A stretch of 62,039 bases of DNA, counting the filler, from Choristocarpus tenellus KU-1152 (Eukaryota > Protista > Phaeophyceae), in the NCBI GenBank assembly GCA_964200185.2. It is 12 parts of 12 records of this genome, joined end to end, with 100 filler letters (N's around TTAATTAATTAA, not from the genome) between each part and the next. Parts side by side here need not be neighbours in the genome. Positions count along the whole stretch, not along the records: positions 1 to 4,013 come from CAXNAD020016672.1; positions 4,114 to 7,323 come from CAXNAD020021513.1; positions 7,424 to 13,896 come from CAXNAD020008064.1; 9 more parts are not named here. One strand, written 5' to 3'. The notes under the pieces are model-generated. The model was given only the letters and a program-made list of their open reading frames with translations, made no database searches and had not been told where the DNA came from. Shown piece by piece: positions 1 through 13,896 of this stretch. Every line of letters begins with the position of its first letter. The stretch's first letter is position 1. Position numbers and translations under genes: made by a program.

Positions 1-43
1 GTGAAAAACGGACGCCGACACCCCCCCCCAGATACTTTGACCC
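1..43. mobile_element. MITE terminal fragment, family A (contig start)
   Basis: GACGCCGACACCCCCCCCCAGATACTTTGACCC; reverse complement of 3960-4001 and near-identical to 4114-4157. Confidence 0.8.
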
Positions 44-267
44 CTAATAGTATTATCATATAAAAGGAACTGGTCAACGATATATTATCTCTACCCAGCA
101 TCACGATGACCAAATAATAATTAAATAGTCAAGAAGTACAAATATATATAATCTTATATAGGACTTAAAGGTCATAGTGGCGTTTATGAAACTGACATCA
201 AGATATATTGCCTGCAACAATTCAGTAGATAACTGACTAAAATATCTCCTAGAATATTACTTCGACA
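44..267 (-). mobile_element. LTR-like repeat fragment
   Basis: Minus strand begins TGTCGAAG at 267, like the LTR start TGTCGAAT at 19410; about 50-150 aligns by eye to the reverse complement of 20136-20225. Confidence 0.45.
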
Positions 268-499
268 TCACTATATTCCAAAGTCCTGATCCATCATTAA
301 TCTACCCTACTACTACCTCCACGCCACAAGTCTGCTCCACTTTGTCCATAACTTTTGAAGATGATGATGAAATTCATTTATGAAAGATTTTGAATCCTTG
401 ACAAACTTCTGGTTAAGGTCAGCTCTTTTTATTATCATTACTTCCCATCCATCACAATTTGATCAGTCACAGAAAAATCCTCCATGTCTACCTTCAGCG

Positions 500-1770
500 T
501 GTTTTCAAGCTCACCAAACAACTGCCTCTTCCTTACCCGTGTGTACTCCACACTGAAGGCATCACCCCCTTTGTATCTATAGTAATTGATTGTACCACAA
601 AAATGAGCTGCCAAGCCCTCTTAAGTTTGGTTTCATTATAGTCCTCACACTGCTTCTTATTGACCCTTACCATCATCTCCTCAACGGACCCAAACCGCTC
701 CCCTACTACCAGCATTTCCAAGATCTGAAGAATCACAGGTCTATGATATTGAGGTCAGGGGATTTAGATGGCTGCGTCACAAGCGTAACCGACCATCCCT
801 CAGTCATCCCTACCCCTGACAATATTTCTGAATTTCCCTTGCCCGTGTGGGGAGGGGTGCCGTCTTGCTGAATGACAACGTGCATCCCCTGCAACCAAGG
901 CATCTTGGTCTTGATTGCAGGCAGTAACTCCTCCGTGTATCACTTCCTGTACCACAAATGGTCTAAAGTACAGTCCTGCTCATACACATCTCCCTTTTGA
1001 AGGTTCTTGCTTGTCCTGTCTGCCATTTTTGGTGCACACACACGCCAAACACCAAGCTTTCCATCAGAGCTACGAGCCGAATCTGGGCAGGCTTTGGCTA
1101 TAATGATAATGGTTTTGGGGATATTAATTTTGTGCTGCACAGTAGGGGACCCTGGAAGGTCGCTATTATCCTCATGCGGAAATACCCTAACCCTTTCCCC
1201 ATAAGCCATCTCGTCAAACGAGGTTTCATCCACATGGATCGCGTTCGCCACGGAGGCATACACGCCACATTTCCAGTCCACTTGGTCGCAAACAACGTCC
1301 ATTCTCCATATTTTTACCACGATATAAGGTTGGGTTTGATCCAGCAGCGATTCGGCATGGCCCCCATATCATTCAACCACCTTTTTACGGTGCTCGTGCT
1401 ATAATTCAGCCCCTTGGCGGCCATCTTCATTGTCACCTGACGCACTGTGGGTGACCGATTATTGGAGTTGATACTATGTATTGCATCCATCTTGGTCGGG
1501 TGTGAGCTCCGAAGGCCGCCCACTACGTGCTGCTACCCCTAGGTCAAGCGTGTGACCACGAGCAAGCTGATCGGCGACGTTCTCCTAGAGCCCTCGCATG
1601 TAACGCTCAGACACTCCAAACTCTGCTGCGAGGGCCGGCCCAACGTGTCGCGGCAGTTTATGCTCACCAGGGACCATCACGGGGGCGTGCCACGCTGCAA
1701 GCGCAACCCTGGTATTCAGGGACACTTGGGCACCCTTCCTACGCGGGGGGGTCGACGAGGGGGTTGCCAT
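500..1770 (-). pseudogene. Tc1/mariner transposase pseudogene (plant-mariner DD39D-like, here D-x40-D)
   Basis: Across stops and frameshifts: HTH-like ALAAEFGVSERYMRGL..RSGRPSELTP, then IHVDE, DGKLGVW, IQQDGTPPH and QPSKSPDLNIIDL. Confidence 0.85.
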
Positions 1771-3845
1771 ACCGACGTTCTGACCCTGGATGTGCCCAGT
1801 TCTGGGCTTTTACTCATCCCAAAAGACCCCTTACTTTGACGGCTTGAAGGACCTCGAGTTTGTAGCTGATGATCCTCGACCCTCACCTTTTCTGAAAGCT
1901 GATATTGTCAACCAGATTTTATTCTGTGTGGTTATCGTCCGATTCGGCGCCGTTCTCGCTTGGCGAGCCCAGATGTTTCATGGCACAAACCTATTGGCAC
2001 AGAGTTAGTACACACATTATCTTCCTACGTATATAACTACTACTTCGTGTATACTAATTGCAACATCTATTGTGTACAGTACCTCTAAACATCTCCTTTT
2101 GTGAACACGGTGCCCACAATAAAAATCCTTTTGAAAGATCAGGATCTTGACCTAGACAAAGGCACCCTGCCTCCATCTATATCATAAATGTTAAGGAATG
2201 CAAGGCCGAAGGTGAAAAGGTACTTCAATACAGGTAGAACGACAAGAGAAACAGGCGGAGGCTCTAGAGGAGTGTCAACGACCATCGTCAAGCTATTGCC
2301 TACCTCCATAGAGTGTTGTCTAAGAGATGACATAGGCTAATGGGGAGGCAGGGTGGGGGTAAGGGCTCAGCCTCAATATTCTGGCTGAGTGACTGGAAGT
2401 GGGGTACCTCATGCTTGCCAAGTATAATCTGGGAGCTCAATAACTTGGAAGAAATGGTGTGGGGGCAGTGGAAACAACATGTGGGGAGAAACTGGCCCTA
2501 CACGATACAGGAATAAGGAAGGACATTCCTGTCTGCTTGAAGTCAGAAGGGGGGGACTTAAGAGGGAGGTTAGTCTAAAGGTGGCTCAGGAAGGCACAGG
2601 CCTAGCTCCTTTGCAGTAGTCAGAATGGCATGGAGGCTGCCAACCTTGATTTGGAGCATAAGGATTGCCGTTCTCGGCATAGGTCTGGTCCTTCACAATA
2701 CCTAATCTAGATAGTAGGATGAAATATTATGAAGACTATTAGTACAATTTTAGCCATATGATGGACAGGTTCAGCAACACAACCACTTATGGTGTTAAGA
2801 TTCGTTTACAGGGTTGGAGTTATCAATAAAATACTAAAGTGGTACTAGTAGCTTAGCCCTCTGGAGCAATCTTGCTTTTGTTCACTGTATTGGCACAAGA
2901 ATTATTCAACAATACATATATAATAAAAACTCGTGACAAGAGATTTTGAAGGTTTGTATCGATGAATATTCAAACGTCGGTGAACGGGAAGTATGCCTCG
3001 ATGAAATAATGGGAAAAACGCGGAGGAATATCTCCAGCAAAATTTTGATGGTGGCAACTTTAAAAGGAACAAAATGAAGTAGTCGACTAAACTCCTCGCA
3101 AAACACTCATGCGGATCAGGGCACTGCCCAAGTGTGGCGCATGTGGCAATACCAAAAAAAGAAGAAGTAAGGTTTGTGGACATTATACGCCATTTGCAGA
3201 CAGGCTGTGAGCACATACACGGATGACCCACACAGCAACATGAATCACGGCGGTGAGAGAAGGAGAGCCACCGAGGCTACTCTGCCAGCTGGATCTACCC
3301 TCGGCACCTTCTCTGTCGAGAGGCCACAGAAAACAAGTACTGTGTGATGTCAACACTCAGTGCGATGTTCAGTGAAGACAAAGTGTGTGAACTGTGGCGC
3401 AGCAGCATGACCAAATCGCGCAATAGATCACTTGGCCATGACACTGACGCTGAGAGACGATGTATGAAAAATATTACCACACCAACGTAGTTGGATCTTT
3501 AACCGCTGCGGAGCACTGCTCTGCATTTTCTGCCGCCTCAGGAAAGTAGGGAGAGAGTGGCAAGTCCATCACCAGGTAGTATAGGGACGAAGTCTGCAGG
3601 GAAACCTGGTCACGGTGGGCGAAGGGAGAACTGGGGTGGTTGGCCGAAGGGAAGTTTGGGGAGGAGAGTAGTGCGACTGCATGCCATTACACTGAGGAAA
3701 CGCCTAAGCAAAAACCCTGGTGTAGAATATCTTAGTAGTCGACAGTTGCAGCAGGCCCTGGCTACTTGCACCCCAACCCTAACACCTTCTTTCTCGTTTC
3801 CTTAACCTACTCCGGCTCACATAGCTTCCAAATAATCACTGAAAA

Positions 3846-3959
3846 ATGTGCCAGCCCTTGGGGTAGTCCTGTTACCATTGAGACCAAATCTGATGGCTCC
3901 CCGCGTTTCTGTGTAGAGTATCTTTCAACTATTAACAAACACCTTGTTCAACAGACTTG
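3846..3959 (+). mobile_element. Ty3/gypsy reverse transcriptase fragment, cut by a MITE
   Basis: SPWGSPVTIETKSDGSPRFCVEYLSTINKHL resembles the SPW.SP...V.K.DG..R.CVDY..LN motif. Confidence 0.7.
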
Positions 3960-4013
3960 GGGTCAAAGTATCTGGGGGGGGGTGTCGGCGTCCGTTTTTC
4001 AACTTTTTTTCGA
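3960..4013. mobile_element. MITE terminal fragment, family A (contig end)
   Basis: GGGTCAAAGTATCTGGGGGGGGGTGTCGGCGTCCGTTTTTC. Confidence 0.8.
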
Positions 4014-4113
4014 NNNNNNNNNNNNNNNNNNNNNNNNNNNNNNNNNNNNNNNNNNNNTTAATTAATTAANNNNNNNNNNNNNNNNNNNNNNNNNNNNNNN
4101 NNNNNNNNNNNNN
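4014..4113. other. Artificial contig spacer; same spacer at 7324-7423, 13897-13996, 18979-19078, 22844-22943, 29891-29990, 34534-34633, 39441-39540, 49721-49820, 54975-55074, 58970-59069
   Basis: Identical 100-nt N-flanked TTAATTAATTAA (stop codons in all six frames) occurs 11 times. Confidence 0.97.
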
Positions 4114-4157
4114 GTGAAAAACGGATGCCGACACCCCCCCCCAAGATACTTTGACCC
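4114..4157. mobile_element. MITE terminal fragment, family A (contig start)
   Basis: GGATGCCGACACCCCCCCCCAAGATACTTTGACCC. Confidence 0.8.
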
Positions 4158-4399
4158 TAACTTGTTGTCCCCTCTGAACAATACTGGGTCTCCCTCCTTC
4201 TCTGTCCTTCTCTCTCTCATCAATACCAATATTAACGCATTCACTACCATCCCCAACAGTTCCAATACGTTGATTGGCATACCCCCTCCATATCCCTTCC
4301 ACTACATGCGATATCCTTCATATCCTCGTCAGGTACTCATACCTCCACCACTTACACCCGTCTCTACGTTGTTGCCTCCTACTGTAATATAAATCACGC

Positions 4400-5860
4400 A
4401 TCCGAGTACCAAGTTGTTACTGGTGGTATTACCACAAATCCAATAAAGAAGGAGCTCAGGATTTTCCCTCTTTCGGTCAGCCCTCACTCTATCACCCACC
4501 TCAACCAATACAAGTCTTCTTTGAATTCTCTACCTATCCTGACCTCTCTGTTTCCTGTCCTTACCCCTGCACTGTCCCCCTCCTGGTGTAGCCCTGGCAG
4601 ATGCACTGGTCGCCAAAGAAAAACCGTCTGTGGCGTATTGCATACGTCATGTGAACAAGTTTTTCTATCAACGCCCACATGTCCCTCTCTCTTGCTACTG
4701 ACCTCGACTCTGACCACTCCTCTAGCAATCCCTTCAGTCCCTTCAACTTTCCGTCTGACAACGGAATCATCATGGCTTCAGTGTCTATCTTCCATCCCAC
4801 TACTACCTGTGAGGTATGCCACCCTGTCAACATTTTGACTGACAAGATGCCGGTTCCTCTACCTTTCTATGACCTAGCAATCACATGTAGACCGATACTA
4901 AGGAATCTGTTGCTAGCCTCAACCTCCTCCCATCCTCAAACCATTGGACCTCCACTAAAATACTGTCATCAACATACATCTTAACAAAAAAAGGGTCATC
5001 CACCCCGCCTCCCACAACTTCTGGAACCTTCCATGTCTCATCCAACTCACACATATTCCTCCTATCTATTATTGGGGAATGCCTCACACCTGTGGCAATT
5101 CCCTCAGCTTCATTGATTACGACTTTAGACCAGGGATTTGTATTGCAACGGGAAAAATTCTAGAGCCCTTGCCAATAATTCCCACCACCCTGGGCTGTTC
5201 TTCCAACCAAATTGAGTCTGAAATCTATCACAACAACACCTTCAACGCAGGACCAAATCTAGCTTCCCCCTTTGGTTCAACTGGTACTTGGCGAAAGGCA
5301 TCCTTAACATACATCTTACTAACCACGATTCTCGCCTTGGGGAACTTTTTCCTTAGACCTACAATCCTCTTAATCACGTCTCCCAACACAGTACCACAAT
5401 GCACAGGGAGGAGCATCTTTTGAATCTGTTCCTTCAATCACACTCAGGCCTCAACTCTCTTGCTGGCACGGCAAATCATGAACAATCCTAACTTTTGTTG
5501 GTTCTTGGATTATTCTAACTGGGTGCAAGTGCGGTCCTGGAATCTTTGCCACCGCCCTTTTTGGAAACACTAATGCTCTACCCTGGATCACATCCCCTAC
5601 TATCTTCTGTAACAATGCCTTACTATGATCTCTATACTCCAACCTCCCTTCTACCCTACCCTACCCTCTCACGCATACCCGTACCCCAACTTGAACTACG
5701 TGTTGCAATCTCTCTATATCTGTGTGGTACATCAAATGCTCGTTTAAATAGCTCTTTGCCGTACTTCTTGGAGTGGCCCTGTGCCTTTTCAATACGAAGG
5801 TGGATCTTGGTGGTGGTATCAGCATTATTGATGAGTGCGTAGTCTGCTGGTACCATTGTC
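4400..5860 (-). mobile_element. Degenerate DIRS/Ngaro-like retrotransposon RT-RNase H
   Basis: Fragments in order: KVRIVHDL, SKMYVKDAFRQVPV, FFVKMYVDDSILVE, VGWKIDT..M.IPL...KL; many stops and frameshifts. Confidence 0.7.
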
Positions 5861-7423
5861 CTCCAGCCTAAATCAGTATGATCTCCGGTGCTGATTTCTT
5901 AGGGACTCGGAGGCACAGGTCTCCGTGTTCCTTTCTGTCATGGTCAGTTCAATTGTCTCACACACTGTGATGATGACGGCCATCGTTTCTGACCGAACTG
6001 TCTTGAACCTTTGACATAACGCCTGCATCATCAGCATGTAGCATACACCACAGTAGCAGCATCTGCAAAGGCATATCTTGCTGTCCTCCCCCCAGCCTAA
6101 AGGCCTGATGTTTCTTCTTAGTTGCCCTAACGTAAATAACCTAACCCAGTAATCTATCTCTAGTTCTGTTTTTAAACAGTTTAGCTTGCCTGCCCTTCGA
6201 CCCTACGTTATTGATTGGTTCATCGTTGTTGTTTGATTTTGTGACGCTTGAATAGATTTGGTACCCACTAACATGTGGCTCAATATTATATCTCTGGTTT
6301 TGTTTTTAAGCAGTTCAACTTACCTGCCCTTCGGATCGTCCCTGCGAAAGACGGCAAAATCCCCTCCCACACAACCTAATACACACAGGTTGCTCAGGCA
6401 ATGGATACCTGTCCTGATGAAAATATCCAAGATAACACCCTCTTGCTGAGATCCATCTGCATATCTGCATCCTAAACGGGGGTGTTCGCACATGTGAATT
6501 GAGCATCCATTACCAATATTGTAGCTCCAGCACTGCCTGCTTTGTGAAAAACCTGCCTACCTTGACTAGACTGAAGGAATCATATAGAAGATGGGTCGAA
6601 AAATGGATGTATTTGGTGCTGGAAGGGTAAATTCCTTGACTAGGAGGCTGATGGGCCCACATAATTCCGCTCAAGAAAGATTCTAACCGATGTCGAGTCA
6701 AACTCTAACCAAACAGTCATACCTAACCCCTAACCGATGTTTCAGATAACAACCAGTTCGGGACCTTAACTTCATCCAACAGAGATTTTCTGGAAATTTA
6801 ACCATCTCATTCGCGCAGTAACTGCGTATGGAACGATGTATCACGTATCAAAGTATTGGCGTGGACAAGTCCCTGGTATGATAATCGTTAATGTCCCTGA
6901 AGGTGTGGTAACCCCACTTTTTGTTATTTTTCAGGTCTTCTATCACGAATAATAAAATATTCCATACTCCCTATGTGGTATGCATGGTCTCAACATGGCT
7001 ATTTTGACCATTGAATACCCACTAGCGAGCTATAACCTTTTCGAACGTTCTTGGCTGCGATATGGATATTGTCATTTTATTACCGACTATCGTGTACCCT
7101 CTAAGATAGTTTCACTCTTTAAGAATACAAATTTCCAACAATTTAAGATTTTGTATCTAAAAAAATTGGAGGGTACCATTTTTTTTTTGACCTTTTGATT
7201 TCTGGACATTGAAACGTACAAGATCAATTAACTATGTCCTACTACCACCTTCGGCATGGATTCCCATTCAAAAAGTGGCCCTTAAAAAGTGCCGCAACAA
7301 TTACAAAAAAAACATATTGCCACNNNNNNNNNNNNNNNNNNNNNNNNNNNNNNNNNNNNNNNNNNNNTTAATTAATTAANNNNNNNNNNNNNNNNNNNNN
7401 NNNNNNNNNNNNNNNNNNNNNNN

Positions 7424-7509
7424 CTCTCCCCCCCTCACTTTCCCCGGGCGTGGTCTTACTAACCCCCCCTGCGTTGCCCCCCCCCCCCCCCCCCCTGGTA
7501 CTTTGGGTC
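7424..7509. mobile_element. MITE terminal fragment, family C (contig start)
   Basis: C-run followed by TGGTACTTTGGGTC, matching the end of 24909-25088. Confidence 0.6.
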
Positions 7510-9714
7510 GTTTCCAGTGTGGACTATTTGAAAATATCCTCCAACAAAAATCTCCACCTCTTCAGTTTTCAGATCAATCTTACCTCATGCACAGTTCTTT
7601 CTCCTTCCAATTAGTGGAATACCCTATCGAATGAGATACCCCTACTGTGGAATTGTTCATGATTGCCTGGCCAATTCAATCTTCTGCCTACTCCAATTGG
7701 TACCCACCTTTCGTTTTTGCCTGCTCCGCACTGCCTCCCCTCTCCAGGTCAGGAACATTTGGTTGACCAGCCTTGTGAGGTGCACCCGGCCCATCCTCCT
7801 GGCCCTGCAGAGAAGCCCAGAGTTGAAGAGGAATTGTCTGTCTTCGACTGGTTCAAACTAGATAAAGCACCAGATCTAGATGCATTACAATTCAGATTTC
7901 AAAATATATTTACGCGGGAGTGAAAGGGATGGATTGCGTATGTACATCAATCAGCAACACCTGTCAGCGTAAGTCTATGATATCTCTGCCACTGCTCTGC
8001 TAATAGGTTGTCCAAAACAATCTATATAATTTCTTTAGTTGGCACTTAACCTTTCTTGTCTGCTATTCTGTCAAACACTGTTTGTGCTGTATGGTGATAA
8101 TGCGCGGTCTTGGTATGACCACCTTCTCACACACATTGCAGGGGTAAATCCCCTATTTAGCAACTCATTGAGCACGAGGAGAGAGTCCGTGGATCTCTAG
8201 ATTTTCAGGAATTCTGCAATGTGCTCAAGTTAGTGGTGACAAGAGCACAAGGTATCACAATGCAGCACACTTCACACATTTGACAGAAGATAGTGGAGAT
8301 CCTCCTAGCAGCAGCATAATTTGAAGGCCTCTTGCTGACTTGGACAGGACATCCCAGCAATGGAAACACACAATACTATGTGTAATATTTCTCACTCTCC
8401 AGTTGGGTGGAAACCTGGCACCCTGCTTTTCCTGTTCCTCCCACTACAGTTTTTCTCAGTGCCGTGGGACTGGCGATTCCCGTTGGTGACTGGTATCTCA
8501 AGCAATTTCTCAGAGTAGTTTGGAAAAACAGCATTGCTCAGGCAACAACCACCAACCCGCCTGCACATCATAGGGATCAAGACAGCTGTTGCCGTACCTG
8601 GCCATCTGCTTAGCCTTCGCTGCATATGCACAGAAGGTGGGGTACAGCAAGCATCTCCGGTAAAGGTAATCTGCCTTTCTTGTGTTGTAATGTAGGTCCT
8701 CACTGTACCCTCAGATTCAAGAGCATCCCACACATGCAGTGTGAAGGGAGTGTGGAGTGTAGTACCATGGGGCCATGAAAAAGGGTGTGAGTATTGTTCG
8801 AGGGTGTGTGTGCTAGGAGGGGGGTGGAGTCAGTGAGGGTTATGGAGAGAGCATTGGGAGAGCTTTGTATACAGGCCAGTCCAAAGTTTCCACGCATCCT
8901 GCCAAAGGTGCTGGTGCTCTCACAAGACGTCACAGGGAAACTCCGCGGACATGAAGATGTTGGTGTGACTTCAAGACATTACACGTCCACGACTGTTCAG
9001 AAAGGTGTCAAACAATATATGTTAAGTTGCACCCATGGTCCAACTGCTACTCTGTGCCACTCCATACTCTGGTTAGATCAGAGATAACAGTGGCATAGGT
9101 TGCGTGCCGTAGCATCTTTGAGGGGGGGGTGTTTATCCCAGGTTGTCCATTTAGGGCTTGATGGGGTGTTGTACGATGCCTTGGTTTGTTGCCCGTTTTG
9201 CAACAGCTCTTCTTTCGGATTTGGCTGAGGTAGGGGGATGGAAAAGGGAGGTGTGTTCAGATGAAGGAACTTGCCCTTAAATCTGAAACGTTCACTCAGA
9301 TGACACGAAAATCAATACAGGTTAATACCGAACCCGAATGGACACCTGGCTCCCCTTCTCGGATACTATGGGTCTGCATTGAAGAATAGCAGTTCAAATG
9401 TGATGTCATGGGAAATAGTCAAGTGCAAGAAACTCAACATGCTTGGAACAACCTTGAGAGGGGAAAAAAACTTTGCCCCTCAGAATAAATCACAATCACT
9501 GGTTTGCTCTCTTCTGAACCAACACCACAAGGATATTCAACTTTGAAGGACTGCATCATGCCCTCCACACGCAGACAATGCTCCCCATGGACAATGCCAA
9601 GGCCACCAAGGGCTGTGATTGACGTGACTGCAACAAGGAAAGCATAGGCGAGAAGGGAGACCAAAAAGCTTGCCTCCTGACAAACAGTATCGCTAATTTT
9701 CCACTGGTGGCTCA

Positions 9715-11513
9715 TACCCGTGTTTGTATCCCCTCATGAGGCGTCTGCCCATACCCTCCATGTGCAACCGAGTCCACTTTCCCCATCCCTTCAAGACACG
9801 CCTGTGGGAATACACAGGGTGGTGGGAGGACATTGATTATTCAACTGTGTATATCCAGCAGATAAGGATTCGAAAGGTTTGATAACTTTGATTGTCTACA
9901 GAAGTAGGCTATATTGACATGCTCCAATTGTGGAATTGATTATTTGACCCTAAGAGGCTGAGAATGTCCCCCTTTTCTTCTGAGAAAACTGCTCCTTGGA
10001 AGAGATGAGGGGTACTTCACCCTGAGAAACCCTTCCAAGAGATATCAATATTGCGGAGTACTGATTTAACAGCGTGAAAGGACTCTCTGTGCACAAAACA
10101 CCAATGTGTATGTACCTATAGGTTCAATGAGGTTTTTTTTGGCAGATGATCTAGGGATTAGTATTTGGGACAGTTGAAGATCAATTTACACCATGAAGGA
10201 AACCTAGCAAATCATCCCATCAATTATAACCGAACTATTTTACCCCACTCCAAATGACAGTTTAATGCCCAAGTTGTCGGTTAGAAGGATATCTTTTTCA
10301 TGGCTCCTCCAACCTTGCAGCGATCCTGCGGAAGTGTGCTGCAGCTCTTGATGCTTGCTCTTCCCTGAACTTCACTTCCCGCTGGAGGCGTTTCAGCACA
10401 GAGATCATGGCACCTGTCTCCAACTTGGAGATGCATAAGATGTTTGGTCGGGCACACAAAAAGTAGTGAACTATTGTGAATGCTCTGGAGATGTAGTTTT
10501 TTTTTGTCAAGAACAAGAGTAAATCCACGATCAACAGAATCAGGAATGAGACCCATTTGTGATGTTTAACATTGTGTAGAGTCTAGGTGTTCGGATTTCT
10601 TTCCACCACCAATCTATTGCAGCAGTCCAGAGTAGAAATTGATGCTTGCCTCCAAAGGTGAGATTAAGATGAACCACAAGTCAGAACCAACTAATTGTAA
10701 ACAGAGCCTTAAAAGGAAGAGAGTAGTTGTAAAGTACTCTCAGTACATGCTGTTTTCAGTTGGAGAATCAACACAGCTCAAGATCTTGTTTTGCTATTTT
10801 CGGCATTCTTTGACCCTTAACTAGACATACATTTCTAGTCAGGCTCATATATCAAGATAAAGAAAAAATGTTGTAATTGTGCTGTTGAGGTTACTAAGCC
10901 TAAGCCTATTACCAAGTTCACCTATTGAAAGTCTGTACTCACAAAAATGAGTCAAAATGTATGCACTTGCACCCTGCGGCTTATCCAATCCCCCTAATTT
11001 TTCCATATTTTAGCACGTCTTACTACTAATAGTATTGTTAGTATCACTGTTTCATGTTGTCCAACTTGCCAGCTGAAGCTCAGATGACGTACAGACACAC
11101 AGACACACAGACACACACACACGATAATACAGATACACATCAGCATAGCCAAAGGCAGTGCCCACTATATGGCCAGGGATGATACTTTGAGGGCCATGAG
11201 CCAACATACGCTAGTCTTCCTCTGCTCGGAGCAATGCCCCTCCTGCCATTACACTCACTTTGGTAAGCATCAGTGAAACTGCCTGCCTGTTCATCTCCAT
11301 ACGGATCATGTCTGGCGTGATGAGCATATGGTAGTCACCACTAGCCTGTGCCTTGTCGAAGATCTTGGTTCTGGCCTCCTCCCTGCGAGCTTGATTTCTC
11401 CTTACCAGCTCACGACTGCTCTCAGGGCCAATGGTCTCAGACCACCAAGCAGAGAATGCTTGCCTCTCAAGGTTTATTGCCTTAATGTGCATGTTGTAGC
11501 AAAGACATGTCAA
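9715..11513 (-). CDS. Probable exons of an unidentified gene (about 11260-11460, 10313-10413, possibly 9715-9802)
   Basis: Coding-like segments AFSAWWSETIGPESSRELVRRNQARREEARTKIFDKAQ... and AMISVLKRLQREVKFREEQASRAAAHFRR with nearby AG/GT sites; no family recognised and exon phases not fully reconciled. Confidence 0.35.
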
Positions 11514-12845
11514 ATAGGAAAAGGAATAATGTTATGGAGGAAAGGGATATTAGATGGCAGATAGAGTCTTGCAAGAGTATGGAAGGCGTAAAGTAAATGG
11601 AGGTTTTGCACATATACATTTGAGTTGCTTGCGAAATAAGCAATGTTGGCGAGGTAGTGCATTGAATTCACTGACCAACAAACTACTGTGCAAGTAGGGA
11701 TGTAGCCAACATCTCGATATTCTACAGTTAATCGTTGATTCGTGCTGGCAAAAAACGAGACTAGAGACAAAGACATGAGTGAGGTCAAATAGATGCTTCT
11801 GGCTGGTCAGGGGCTGTAAGAGGTAAGCTCCAGGAGGAAAAATGATTTGATTCTTCCTCTCTCTCTGCGGGCAACAAAAAAATAGAGAGCAGTAAAGTAC
11901 ACCCAGTACACAGAACATTGTTTGCCCAAACTATTGATTGTTGGGATTTGGGAACTGAAAACGTTGAGTTCATGCCCAGTGTTTGAAATGCGTACACAAG
12001 CACTTCAGAGTACTAAAGCTATCCCCTGACACTGTGTCAGAGGTTGAATGGTTGCCAGTGTAAACCAAGCACAAGGAACATGTGAAGTTATTGACTCAAC
12101 TTGAAGATACTCTGCCCAAAGGGGGTAGGTACCCTGAAAACTCCAGCGCCTATGCCCTTACAACGGCTACTGAGCACATTGTTTTCGATATATCCAAATG
12201 TTCTTGATGAAATCAGCATTTACTCTTAGTCATTGAAAAGAAACTTACAGAGTCAAACTAAATGAGAGGTATCCAGTGTTGCACTTTAAGGACGCTGGCA
12301 AATATGCCCAAAATTCGTCTTTTTTGTACAAATGAGATTAGGATATTTTTCGACATCTGTCGTAAAGTATCAGACAGCAAATAAATCAACTCTCACAGGT
12401 CACCCCCAAGTCATCCTTATCGCTTCATCCATCACATTAGGGGTGAATTACAAAATATTGAAACACTGGGTTAGAATTTCTATCGCCCAAAACCTGGATA
12501 CCTCTCATTTACTTTGTTACTAATAGTCATTACAGCTACTGAACACAGAGCACCTACAACATTGTCGACCAATGAACATGCTGCACGCATAATGCGTTGC
12601 TTGGATTTACTACCTTGACTTGTGACTTTGGAGCTGGCTGTCTTAAACCTGGGCAGGAAGGACTAGTAAACCATTTTGAAGAAAAAAAAAGTATTGTACT
12701 TTTTTACGTACAGGTGGTTTGAGATCATTTATTCTTTTTGATATCATTTTTTTGTTTAATTTGGGAGTGTTACAGGACATACACTACATATTACCATTAT
12801 TGGTGCAATGTGGTGGTAGTACACTTTAACACCAGGTCTGTGACA

Positions 12846-13023
12846 GGCTCAAAGTATCTGGGGGGGGGTGGCAGCTGTCCAATCAGGGCCATTTTTCTAT
12901 GTTGCGATTTTTGGGTGAAGTTGGTTGCATGAGTTGGATGGATAATGTATGTGCACTTCTCCTGACAGGGCCTCAATGGACACCCTGGTGTAGACCCCCC
13001 CTCCCTACCAGAAAATTTGGGCC
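12846..13023. mobile_element. Complete MITE, family C (178 bp)
   Basis: GGCTCAAAGTATCTGGGGG...CCAGAAAATTTGGGCC; colinear with 24909-25088; TSD not preserved. Confidence 0.85.
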
Positions 13024-13852
13024 ATACCACCAAGAGAACAGATTCCCTTCTGGTCAGTTGGTCTCTTGAAATCATCCAGCATTTTCATGTGCTCCCTGTC
13101 TGAGCAAGGGAGACATCACACCAATACCATAAACCAGGCCACAATAATGTAGTGGAAAGATGGTCGAAGCCCCTGGCCACAGTGCAGAGGAAGAACGTCA
13201 CAGTATGGTAGAAACCACCCTCTGTATATACCCCAAAAGGTCCTTTGGTATGGATGTGGTTGCCGTATGTGGTTTGTTGTTCTTCTGTCCCATTGCTTCA
13301 CTTTTCTGTACATCAGAAATATTTTTGGTGCCTACCCAATACCCCTTTTGAAGGTGTCGGAGATTGGGTCATACCACTGCTGACCCCCATACACTTGCCC
13401 CTCGTATTTGTTTTGAAAAGATCCCCCTAGGTGTCTTTGAATTGTCCCTGCGGCAAGCAGGCCTTAAGCCTTCAAAGATCATGGTGTGGATATTCTGGGC
13501 ATCTACACCTATCATTCAGTGCTATTACCCATTGGAGCAGGTAAACATTGCCATACTATTGACACCCCTGAGAGTGATGGCATATTAGAGGGGGGTATCG
13601 TGTATGTTTCATTGGCTCCATATGACTCTCTAGTGCAATATGTGTCTTGGGCACTGTGGGGGGCATTATTGGGGAACAAATTTGTTCACAACTTTTTTTC
13701 TCTTCAACAAAGGCACACCCTCCGAAGGGGGAATAGTGTCATCTTTGGCATGAGCACGGTGTGTATTGTACAAGGTTTGACAAGGCCTTACACCTCAACA
13801 GGGTTAGAAATGAATCCCCTCTTACATGTTTTTCGTTCCGACACACACAACC

Positions 13853-13896
13853 GAGCCAAATTATCTTAGAGGGTAGAGCCGCGTCCATTTGGGGAT
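13853..13896. mobile_element. MITE terminal fragment, family B (contig end)
   Basis: GAGCCAAATTATCTTAGAGGGTAGAGCCGCGTCCATTTGGGG. Confidence 0.8.

Noticed and set aside
2139-2710. Purine-rich coding-like stretch, possibly a tyrosine recombinase remnant
   Set aside because: Too degraded; catalytic residues cannot be placed with confidence.
1-4013. Contig 1 bounded by a 42-bp inverted repeat around a mariner transposase, suggesting one autonomous element
   Set aside because: Compared with complete TSD-flanked copies, these TIRs face outward. They are the ends of two separate MITEs where the assembly broke, and mariner makes TA duplications rather than 4-bp ones.
4014-4113. Recurrent TTAATTAATTAA palindrome (11 copies)
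   Set aside because: It is always centred in a 100-nt N block, so it is an artificial six-frame-stop contig linker. ORFs crossing it are artefacts.
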